Origin: Promethearchaeota archaeon
GTDB taxonomy: Archaea > Asgardarchaeota > Lokiarchaeia > Sigyniarchaeales > SOKP01
Direction of reading: 5' to 3'
DNA: 64,000 nt
Assembly (NCBI GenBank): GCA_048937405.1
Contig: JBHLNF010000001.1
Location: 560,685 to 624,684, forward strand
Shown in pieces: positions 1 through 8,417 of this stretch. Every line of letters begins with the position of its first letter. The stretch's first letter is position 1. The notes under the pieces are model-generated. The model saw only the letters and a list, made by a program, of their open reading frames with translations. It searched no databases and was not told where the DNA came from. A program made the position numbers and the translations under genes.

Positions 1-1460
1 CCCCCTGTAATAGCATCAATTTGAAAATTTAAAAGCACTATCTTACTCATCGGTTTAAAGCATTTAACAATTGCTTTACAGGAGGCATCTACAGGTCCTA
101 CTCCCGTTGCTGATGCTACTTTTTGCATTATATCTCCATTATTTTTGATGTTTAGTCGAACTGTTGATGTAGGTGTAACTGATCCAGTTAAAACAGTTAA
201 CTCCTCAAGCGTTACAAATTGTTCTTCTTTTGGTATTTCACCCATAACATCTTTCACAATAGCTAAGAAATCCTCTTCAGAAACTTCATGCCCCTTATCA
301 CCAAGACTTTTTACATGTTCTCTTATTTTCATAAATTGTTCATCATTGGTCTTAATACCTAAGTCATCAATCTTAGCTTTAAGAGCATGACCACCTGTGT
401 GTTTTCCAAGTTTTATTGATTGCTTGATTATTGCTTCCACGTCGTCAGTACGGTGAATTCCTATTAATTCTGGAGTAATTGGTTCATATGTTCGTGCATG
501 TTGTATCATTGCATGAGCATGGATACCTGCTTCATGAGCAAACGCATTCTGACCTATTAGTGGTTGCAATCGTCCGATCCTAACTTTTCCACCACAATAA
601 CTCTCAATTAATTTGGCTGTGGGAAAAATTTTTGTTGTTTTAATATTCATAGGGATCTGGTATAAAGCATAAAGAGACATACAAGTTTCTTCAAAAGATG
701 CATTTCCTGCTCGTTCACCCAATCCTAAAATAGTTGTTTGAGCTTCTGAAGCACCATTTTCAAACGCAGCGACAGTATTTGCAACAGCAAGGCCAAAATC
801 ATTATGACAATGGGCTGCAATACGAATATTTTTAGGTAAAGCTTCATGATTCTTCCGAATAATATATCCAAAAGCTACTGGAGATATTGTACCTACAGTG
901 TCAGGTATATTTATTCGTGTGGCTCCGCTATCAATAGCAGTTAAATTAGCTTTAATTAAAAAGTCTAAATCTGATCTAGTAGCATCCTCTGCTGAAAATA
1001 AAACTATAGAATAATGTTCTTTAGCATAAGAGACAGTTTCTCTTATTCGTTCTATAACTTCATCTTTGGATAATTGAAGTTTTTCTCTCATATGTAATTC
1101 TGAAGTGGCGCAAAATAAATGTATACTATCCATATCAGCCTCGATAACTTTATCTATATCGGGTTTCGCTGTTCTAGCTAAACCCATCACTTCAGAATCC
1201 AAACCCATTTTTGCAATATCTCTACAAGCATCAAAATCACCTGGAGATGTTATAGGAAAACCCGCTTCTATAATATCAATTCCCAAATCATTAAGAGCTT
1301 GAGCAATAGATAGCTTTTCTTTATGAGTAAAACTTATACCTGGAGTTTGTTCCCCATCACGGAGTGTTGTATCAAAAAAGTATGCTCTCTCAGGAAGGAT
1401 AAGTGATCCTCTAATTTTTTCCATCATGTCGGAAACAGCAATATCGTTTTTATTTACCAT
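1..1460 (-). CDS. leuA: 2-isopropylmalate synthase / citramalate synthase family (DRE-TIM), runs off the window start
   Basis: Manual translation from ATG at 1460: MVNKNDIAVSDMMEKIRGSLILPERAYFFDTTLRDGEQTPG...; contains HCHNDFG, GERAGN, HEAGIH, LGKHTG and the C-terminal GVGPVDA motif. Not in the ORF track because it has no stop in the window. LeuA versus CimA cannot be settled from motifs alone. Confidence 0.88.
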   Translation of the reverse strand, partial: MVNKNDIAVSDMMEKIRGSLILPERAYFFDTTLRDGEQTPGISFTHKEKLSIAQALNDLGIDIIEAGFPITSPGDFDACRDIAKMGLDSEVMGLARTAKPDIDKVIEADMDSIHLFCATSELHMREKLQLSKDEVIERIRETVSYAKEHYSIVLFSAEDATRSDLDFLIKANLTAIDSGATRINIPDTVGTISPVAFGYIIRKNHEALPKNIRIAAHCHNDFGLAVANTVAAFENGASEAQTTILGLGERAGNASFEETCMSLYALYQIPMNIKTTKIFPTAKLIESYCGGKVRIGRLQPLIGQNAFAHEAGIHAHAMIQHARTYEPITPELIGIHRTDDVEAIIKQSIKLGKHTGGHALKAKIDDLGIKTNDEQFMKIREHVKSLGDKGHEVSEEDFLAIVKDVMGEIPKEEQFVTLEELTVLTGSVTPTSTVRLNIKNNGDIMQKVASATGVGPVDASCKAIVKCFKPMSKIVLLNFQIDAITG

Positions 1461-1496
1461 GTTTTTAACCTTTTATAATTTTATTTAAAATACATA

Positions 1497-1544
1497 GCCC
1501 TTATGCTTTCAAGAAGAAAAATTCGCTCTAGAAAGAATTAGGGC
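1497..1544 (-). terminator. Imperfect hairpin between leader ORF and leuA (candidate attenuator)
   Basis: Minus strand GCCCUAAUUCUUUCUAGAG...CUUCUUGAAAGCAUAAGGGC followed by UAUGUAUUUU; begins 4 nt after the leader stop codon. Confidence 0.5.
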
Positions 1545-1547
1545 GCT

Positions 1548-1649
1548 TTATAATAATAAGAGTAATAACAAACTCAATAATTCTAAAGGAAATAAACCTC
1601 TCAAACTTATTTTATTATTAGAAATAAGTAGACTTTGAGTAGCTTTCAT
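1548..1649 (-). CDS. Leucine-rich leader peptide (33 aa)
   Basis: ATG at 1649 to TAA at 1548: MKATQSLLISNNKISLRGLFPLELLSLLLLLLL*; 14 of 33 codons are Leu, the last seven consecutive (TTG TTA TTA CTC TTA TTA TTA); same strand as and 87 nt upstream of leuA. Confidence 0.7.
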   Translation of the reverse strand: MKATQSLLISNNKISLRGLFPLELLSLLLLLLL

Positions 1650-1700
1650 AATTTATAATCCTATTAGAATTTATGATTATTAAAATAGATTGATTATAAC

Positions 1701-1716
1701 CTTATAAATTTTTCTC
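1701..1716 (-). promoter_or_regulatory. BRE/TATA-like promoter upstream of the leader ORF
   Basis: Minus strand GAGAAAAA-TTTATAAG about 50 nt before the leader ATG; AT-rich background limits certainty. Confidence 0.4.
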
Positions 1717-1829
1717 TGAATTAGGTTACAATCATTTTAGAAAAGGTCTGAAACTCTTTTGAATATAGGATTACTATTAAAGAATTGTCAAACCAATTGA
1801 TTTTTACTTGAAAAAGAAAAGATATTTAT

Positions 1830-1995
1830 AATAATTTCTTTTGACCAATACCTATTTTTTCTAATAGTAGAAATTAAAGGTGAATCTGAAAGCCCTACTT
1901 CTTCCAAGAAATGGAGTATATCCTTGAATTTTGTAAAAGTAGTTTGATATTTTCCTTTTTTAAAATAAATTAATCCAATTCTATTATTATATTTG
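1830..1995 (-). pseudogene. Possible TPR-protein C-terminal remnant
   Basis: Startless frame reads YNNRIGLIYFKKGKYQTTFTKFKDILHFLEEVGLSDSP, resembling a TPR consensus (YNNIGxIYxxxGxY). Confidence 0.35.
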
Positions 1996-2058
1996 GATTT
2001 TTTTAATTTTTTGTATTTTTTCTAGGTATAAAAAGAATTATCTTAATCTATAAGTAGG

Positions 2059-2421
2059 TTATCTCACTACTTCAAATAGTTCAAGTAGCACATTATCAGG
2101 AGCACTAGCCATTACATATTTCAAGTTATTAAGACTTTTTATTTCATTACTAAATTGATAACCTATACTTTTCATATGTTCTACAAGAGTTTCTAAATCA
2201 TTGGTCTCAAATCCTAAATGCCAAAATGCTCCACTTCCTTTATCTTTAGGTGCTTGATTATAGATAATTATTTTTGATGCTCCAATTTCAATCATTACAT
2301 TTCGAGTTTCAGCGGATCCTCTATCGAACAAAATTTTAGCTTCAAACATATCTTGATAAAATTTGACACTTTCATCAAGATCAGATGCAAATAAATGGAT
2401 ATGATGAAGTGAGGTTTCCAT
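2059..2421 (-). CDS. VOC family (glyoxalase/bleomycin resistance) protein
   Basis: LHHIHL...SDLDESVKFY, WHLGFET, APDNVLLELFE motifs. Confidence 0.9.
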   Translation of the reverse strand: METSLHHIHLFASDLDESVKFYQDMFEAKILFDRGSAETRNVMIEIGASKIIIYNQAPKDKGSGAFWHLGFETNDLETLVEHMKSIGYQFSNEIKSLNNLKYVMASAPDNVLLELFEVVR

Positions 2422-2498
2422 AAATATTTTCCCTTTGAAATTTTTTTTTATTGTTATAAAATTTAATTATAGATATTTATCTAAAGCAAATATTATTT

Positions 2499-3533
2499 TT
2501 AGAATCTTTTTATTTTCTTAGGATATGCTTCAAACGACGTCCGAGGTTCTACAGAAATCCAATCCAAATTTTCTTCTAAATGTGAAAGAGATCTTAATAA
2601 ATCAAAAGTTAACCAGCGTGTGGCTCTTGGATGTGCTATATAATCCCATAGACCATATTCTCCTTGTTCAGATTTTACAAAGTTGATAAAATCAGAAATC
2701 CTTTCATCATTTTTACTTCCTCCAACTCTCCAACATAAATTTAATAAATGGGCAATGTCAAATTTTGCCATAAATGTAATAATTCCAAGGTTTCTTTCTA
2801 AACCAATTAACCGAGCTATTATAAAACCAAGATTACTTCTTAACTTTGAATCTGTTCCGAGTATTAAATCAAGAGCTCTCTTAGCTTCATCACTTTTACT
2901 ATATTTTGGATGATAAGCAAGACAACTAAGAACAGTTGTAGTATTAGATCGACATCCCCATCTTGAATGGGCAAGACGGCGATATCCCGCAATACCGCCA
3001 TAATTACCTGCAGATATCCCTACAGGCCATGCACCGTCTTCTAAACGTTGTTCCATTAACCAATCAAATGAATTCTTAATTCTTTTATCAGTATAGTATC
3101 CACACATAACTAATCCTAAAAGAGGAATTGCTGTTTGAACAGGCATCATTTGATATCCAATTTCTTCATCAGTAAGTTGTTTCTTGCTTGGCATTGGCCA
3201 AGACCCGTCTTCAAGCTGTTTTGAAAAGAGAAATTCTGCTGCTTTCTGCACCACTGGATGATTTGAATCAAATCCGAAGTAGCCTAATCTCTGTAATGCC
3301 ATTGAAGTTATTTGAAGGTTGTCGCTTGAAGATATTCGATTTACACCAAAAGAATCCCATGCTCCATTAGTTTTTTGGAGCTTGAATAATTCATTAACAA
3401 GTGGATCTGATTCCCTTATCTCTGACAATTCAAGCACTTCATTATCATCCTGAGGTAAGTGTAACAATTCAGTTAAGACCAAAAATCGTAAACAATATGA
3501 TGGATCTGTTAATAAAAGTGGAATCCAGGTCAT
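2499..3533 (-). CDS. Prenyltransferase/squalene-cyclase-repeat (QW repeat) alpha-barrel protein
   Basis: QW-like repeats LQKTNGAW, KQLEDGSW, QRLEDGAW, EQGEYGLW; no DXDD cyclase motif; overlaps upstream gene by ATGA. Confidence 0.75.
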   Translation of the reverse strand: MTWIPLLLTDPSYCLRFLVLTELLHLPQDDNEVLELSEIRESDPLVNELFKLQKTNGAWDSFGVNRISSSDNLQITSMALQRLGYFGFDSNHPVVQKAAEFLFSKQLEDGSWPMPSKKQLTDEEIGYQMMPVQTAIPLLGLVMCGYYTDKRIKNSFDWLMEQRLEDGAWPVGISAGNYGGIAGYRRLAHSRWGCRSNTTTVLSCLAYHPKYSKSDEAKRALDLILGTDSKLRSNLGFIIARLIGLERNLGIITFMAKFDIAHLLNLCWRVGGSKNDERISDFINFVKSEQGEYGLWDYIAHPRATRWLTFDLLRSLSHLEENLDWISVEPRTSFEAYPKKIKRF

Positions 3534-6500
3534 TTTCCTCCCTCTAATACTTCTTTTAAATATGGTGCTGTAGGAGTGTTTAGTTTAGCTACTTCACTAG
3601 GTGGTCCTTGTGCAATTACATAGCCTCCTTCTGGGCCTGCTCCTGGTCCTAACTCTATTAGCCAATCACAAGAAGCCAATATATGGGGATGATGTTCAAT
3701 AACAACTACACTATTGCCATTATCAACTAATAAATGTAGGGTATTAATTAGCTTAGAAACATCTTCTAAGTGTTGACCAATAGTCGGTTCATCTAGAATA
3801 TATTGTGTCTCTTTTTTAGAATTTTTAGATAGTTTTTTTACAATCTTAAGTCTTTGGGCTTCACCACCAGAAAGAGTACGAGCAGGTTGATTTAGTTGTA
3901 AATATTGTAGTCCTACTTTTTTAGCATAATTTAATTTAGTAGAAATAGATTCATAATCTCCAAATAATTCATATGCTTCCTCAATAGTTAAATTATTAAT
4001 ATCAGGCAAGGAAATTCCTTTAAAATGAACTTGCCATGCTTCAATTTGATACCCCGATCCATTACAAGTTTCACAAGTCTCAATAATATTAGGAAGAAAT
4101 TTCATATCTATTTTGATATAACCTCCCCCTTGACAAACAGAACATCTCTTTTTTAGTTTTTTTTCATCTAAAGCTAAAATTTTTGCATCTTCAGTCTCAG
4201 AAAATATTTTTATTATTGGAGATTCTAATCCTAAAAATTTAAGAGGACTTCCGATTTTAGATTTTGTTTGATCGATTAATATTGTCTGAGGTAAGTTACC
4301 TTCAATCTTCTCATACTCTCCCGGGTCAATAGGTTCTCGAGATACTGATGTTGTATGTTTAATAGGTACCAAGGCTCTTCCCAACGTGTCAATTATTAGA
4401 GTACTTTTTCCTGAACCAGAAACCCCACATACTCCTACTAATAATTTATGAGGAATCTCAATTAAATCCCCCTTTAAATTGTATTCTTTTGCTCCATAGA
4501 TCTTTAACCATTTTTTAGGTTCTCGGTGTTTTTTAGATACTTCAAATTTCTTTTTTCCACTCATCCAATCTCCCGTAATAGTTTTTGCTTTTATTATATC
4601 TTCTATAGTTCCTTCTGCAACAATTTCCCCCCCATTTACTCCCGCTCCAGGGCCCATATCAATTATATAATCCGCATTATTAATAATTAAAGGATCATGT
4701 TCAATAACTATGACTGTATTTCCGTTGTCCCTTAGTGCTTTTAATACATCTAATAAATTTTCAATTTCTGGAGGAGATAAACCTCTACTAGGCTCATCAA
4801 GTAAAATTATTAAAGATGTCAAATCACTACCCAATAATCCAGCTAGTCGCACTCTTTGAGCTTCTCCAGCAGATAAACTTTCAGCAACACGATTTAGAGT
4901 AATATAGCCTAATCCAATTTTAAGTAAAAAATCCAAACGTGTTAAAATGATCTTATAACTGTTTTTTACAAGATCAGGAATATAATCTTCAATCTTTACA
5001 TCTTTTAATATTCCATATAATTTGTTCAAAGAAATGTTACACATCTGAGGTATATTATAACCTTCTAATGAAATTGCTAAGTATTGAGGACGTAATTTTA
5101 ATCCATTACATTCATCACAAGTTTTTTTATCTGTATATGTACCTCCAACATCCCAATCTCTTAACCATTGTCCATAAAAACCTTGATACTGAATTAATTT
5201 CCTAGAGATTTGACCTTTCTTATTTTCAAATTCAACATCTAAAACTTCTTTATCTCCAAATAAAAATGCATCTTTTGCTTCTTTTGACATTTCAATCCAG
5301 GGTTTTGAAAAAGGATCAAAACCATAACGAGTTGCTAAAGCTTGGACTATATAATATCCACCATTATATGGTTTACATAGATAACCTTTCGGAAAAAAAC
5401 CTGGAGAGTACATGGCACCGTTACATAATGGTTTCTCGGGGTGAATTATTAATTTATTAGGATTAGGAACTTGAAATGAACCAACACCATGGCATTTGAG
5501 GCAAGCTGCCGAATAATTTGTAGAAATAAAATGTCGTGGTTTAGCAAGAGGTAATGAGATATTACACTTTTTACAATACCATTTTTCCTTTCTTTCCATT
5601 TTATGATTACATTTAGGACATAATATTTCTCCCATATATGAAAATATATTCGCTAAATGGAGTGTTAAACCTGTAACCCTTCCTATAGTATTTCGAAGAT
5701 TCAAAAACCAACCATGGATAATCTTTTCTGGTATTATTGATGCTGTTATCCCTAGACCTTGAATCTTTTCTACTAACGCTTCGGTACTTTCTTTAGTACT
5801 TTGTCTTTCATACATTGATAAGGTTTCTAAATATCTACGTCTTGCTTCCATCTCAAGTGTATCCATTATTAGGCTGGATTTCCCTGATCCTGAAACACCT
5901 GTGACTACAGTAAATTTCTTTTTTGGGATTTTGACATCTACATTCTTAAGATTATGAGCATGAGCGTTTTGAATGATAATGTATTCTGAACTTTTTCTTA
6001 CTTTCTTTTTTTTTTGGATTAATGGCATAACACGCTCTTCCATTTTTAAGGATTGAGCAGTAAGAGATTCTTCAGTTTCCATAAACTTATCTAAAGGACC
6101 TTGATACATAACTTTACCACCATTTGGTCCTGAACCCTGACCAAGGTCTATGACCCAATCAGCAGCCCTAATTATATCAATATTGTGTTCTACGATCACA
6201 ATTGTTGCTCCATTGTGGAGTAATCTATCTAAAATTGTTAATAATCCCGCTAAATCTTGAGAGTGTAATCCTGTTGAAGGTTCATCAAGAATTATTAAAT
6301 GATCTTTTAAATTTTTTTTTCCAAGGTATTTTGATAATTTAATTCGCTGAGCTTCACCCCCAGATAATGTTGGAGAAGGTTGACCTAAGGAGAGATATCC
6401 TAAACCTATATCATTAAGAGCTTTTAACATTTGTCTTACTGATTTAAAATCTCCAACAGTCAATCTTTTTTCTTTATCAAAAATCTTTACAACTTCTGAA

Positions 6501-8401
6501 ATTGGTAGATCATAGAATTCTGCTATAGAATACTCCTTATCCTCAAACTGAACTTTTTCCTCAAGTATCTCTTCAGAAAATCTCTGCCCATTACAGTCTG
6601 GACATGTGATCCAATTAGAGGGTAAATATCTCATCTTAATTTCAAGGGAACCCATCCCGTTACATGTTAGACATTGTCCTTCTGGAGTATTGAATGAAAA
6701 GAACGTAGCTTTAAATTTAGTAGCTTTGGCAAATAGCTTTCTAATAATATCAGCAATTTTAGTGTAAGTAGCTGGATTTGATCTTGGATTTTTCCCTATA
6801 GGTCCTTGATCTACCATGATAGGTCTCAATTTTGTTCCGGTAATGTTATTACAACCTATTGGTTCTTTTTTTTTTAATGAACTAAACAAAACATCTTCTA
6901 CCAATGTACTTTTTCCAGAACCAGATACACCTGTTATAACCGTTAGTCGGTTTAAGGGAATTTTAACATTAATATTTTTCAAATTATGCTTATAAGCTTT
7001 CTCAATTGTTAGAAAGAGTTGAGGTTTAGCTCTATGCTGGGGAATTATTACTCGTTCTCTCAAGCTAAAAAACTTTCCAGTAGGTGTATCTGATTTCCAT
7101 AACTCTGCAGGAGTCCCAGTAAATATAATCTCACCCCCTTCTCTTCCAGCTCCCGGACCAATATCAATAACATTGTCTGCATACATGGCAGCTTGCCGAT
7201 CGTGTTCAATATAAATTATTGGACCAGCAAGATTCTGAAGTATTGGCAGTAATCGCGCAACGTCAGATGGATGTTGACCAATCGTTGGTTCATCAAGGAT
7301 ATGAGTAATATCTTCTAATTCACTTAATAAGGCAATAGCTAGTCGAACTCTTTGAGATTCTCCCCTAGATAATGTTGGTGAAACACGGTCTAATTCTAAA
7401 TAATCTAATCCTACAGAATTTAATGAAAATAACCGTCTTTTTATTTCTTGTAATAACCTAACCGTAATCGAAAGTTCTTCTTTATAGAAATAAGCTACTA
7501 GTTCTCCAACTGATTTTGTTAAAATCTCGGGAAATAACATCCCCTCCCAAGTAACATTAGATGCAAGAGGGTGATATCCTGTTTCATTACATTGCTTGCA
7601 CCCTTTTCCTTTACAATAAGGACAATTTTTCTTAAAATGCATTGGCTCAAGATCTCCGAACCAAGTACCACATTCCACACATGCAGGCACTCGAGAAATA
7701 AGAAAATTAGATGTTTTTCCTTTAATTATTAATGAATTTGACCCTAATGAAGAGATAATTTTAACTATGTCTCGGATCTCATTAATATTAGTGCTTGTTG
7801 TTACTTGGCCAATTTGAATCTGAATATCATGAGGTTCTTTTGGATTTAATTTTGAAATTATGGATTGTCCATCCACCAAGATAGTTTCAGGACTGAATTT
7901 CTTCTTCAAAAGGTTAATTAAGGTTTGATGACTCCCTTTTAATTTTCTTACTAAAAGAGCTGATATTGTAACTGGCTCGATATGTCTTAATCCTTCAATT
8001 TTCGCGATTATTTCATCTTCTCTTAAAATGGATAATTTAGAACCGCAAACATGACATGTTCTATCACCAAATCTAGCATAAAGAATTTTTAATAAAGGTA
8101 TAAGACCTATCGCAGATGCCAAAATAGAATTAGGGTTTCGGTTAAGTACATTTTGACTAAGCGCTATTGTAGGTCCTAAACCAGTGATTGACCTTACTTT
8201 TGCAGGATTTAGTTTCATCTCTTCTTTACTAACTGAAAATGCTTCTAAAAATCTACGTCTAGCTTCTTTATATAATGTATCGAATATTAGTGAGGTTTTT
8301 CCCGATCCAGAAACCCCTGTTACCACAGTAAGTCCGTCCTTGATGGTAACATCAATATCTTTTAGGTTGTTTTCTCTTGCACCTTGAATTTTTATTTCCA
8401 T
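3530..8401 (-). CDS. Double-length UvrA-family ABC ATPase (two fused UvrA units, four NBDs)
   Basis: Four GVSGSGK[ST] Walker A motifs, four signature motifs (LSRGE, LSGGE, LSAGE, LSGGE), four LDEP Walker B motifs, many CxxC zinc modules. Confidence 0.92.
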   Translation of the reverse strand: MEIKIQGARENNLKDIDVTIKDGLTVVTGVSGSGKTSLIFDTLYKEARRRFLEAFSVSKEEMKLNPAKVRSITGLGPTIALSQNVLNRNPNSILASAIGLIPLLKILYARFGDRTCHVCGSKLSILREDEIIAKIEGLRHIEPVTISALLVRKLKGSHQTLINLLKKKFSPETILVDGQSIISKLNPKEPHDIQIQIGQVTTSTNINEIRDIVKIISSLGSNSLIIKGKTSNFLISRVPACVECGTWFGDLEPMHFKKNCPYCKGKGCKQCNETGYHPLASNVTWEGMLFPEILTKSVGELVAYFYKEELSITVRLLQEIKRRLFSLNSVGLDYLELDRVSPTLSRGESQRVRLAIALLSELEDITHILDEPTIGQHPSDVARLLPILQNLAGPIIYIEHDRQAAMYADNVIDIGPGAGREGGEIIFTGTPAELWKSDTPTGKFFSLRERVIIPQHRAKPQLFLTIEKAYKHNLKNINVKIPLNRLTVITGVSGSGKSTLVEDVLFSSLKKKEPIGCNNITGTKLRPIMVDQGPIGKNPRSNPATYTKIADIIRKLFAKATKFKATFFSFNTPEGQCLTCNGMGSLEIKMRYLPSNWITCPDCNGQRFSEEILEEKVQFEDKEYSIAEFYDLPISEVVKIFDKEKRLTVGDFKSVRQMLKALNDIGLGYLSLGQPSPTLSGGEAQRIKLSKYLGKKNLKDHLIILDEPSTGLHSQDLAGLLTILDRLLHNGATIVIVEHNIDIIRAADWVIDLGQGSGPNGGKVMYQGPLDKFMETEESLTAQSLKMEERVMPLIQKKKKVRKSSEYIIIQNAHAHNLKNVDVKIPKKKFTVVTGVSGSGKSSLIMDTLEMEARRRYLETLSMYERQSTKESTEALVEKIQGLGITASIIPEKIIHGWFLNLRNTIGRVTGLTLHLANIFSYMGEILCPKCNHKMERKEKWYCKKCNISLPLAKPRHFISTNYSAACLKCHGVGSFQVPNPNKLIIHPEKPLCNGAMYSPGFFPKGYLCKPYNGGYYIVQALATRYGFDPFSKPWIEMSKEAKDAFLFGDKEVLDVEFENKKGQISRKLIQYQGFYGQWLRDWDVGGTYTDKKTCDECNGLKLRPQYLAISLEGYNIPQMCNISLNKLYGILKDVKIEDYIPDLVKNSYKIILTRLDFLLKIGLGYITLNRVAESLSAGEAQRVRLAGLLGSDLTSLIILLDEPSRGLSPPEIENLLDVLKALRDNGNTVIVIEHDPLIINNADYIIDMGPGAGVNGGEIVAEGTIEDIIKAKTITGDWMSGKKKFEVSKKHREPKKWLKIYGAKEYNLKGDLIEIPHKLLVGVCGVSGSGKSTLIIDTLGRALVPIKHTTSVSREPIDPGEYEKIEGNLPQTILIDQTKSKIGSPLKFLGLESPIIKIFSETEDAKILALDEKKLKKRCSVCQGGGYIKIDMKFLPNIIETCETCNGSGYQIEAWQVHFKGISLPDINNLTIEEAYELFGDYESISTKLNYAKKVGLQYLQLNQPARTLSGGEAQRLKIVKKLSKNSKKETQYILDEPTIGQHLEDVSKLINTLHLLVDNGNSVVVIEHHPHILASCDWLIELGPGAGPEGGYVIAQGPPSEVAKLNTPTAPYLKEVLEGGK

Positions 8402-8417
8402 ACTATTAAAGATTCTT

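Noticed and set aside
2499-3533. Squalene-hopene or oxidosqualene cyclase
   Set aside because: About half the expected length and no DXDD/DCTAE motif.
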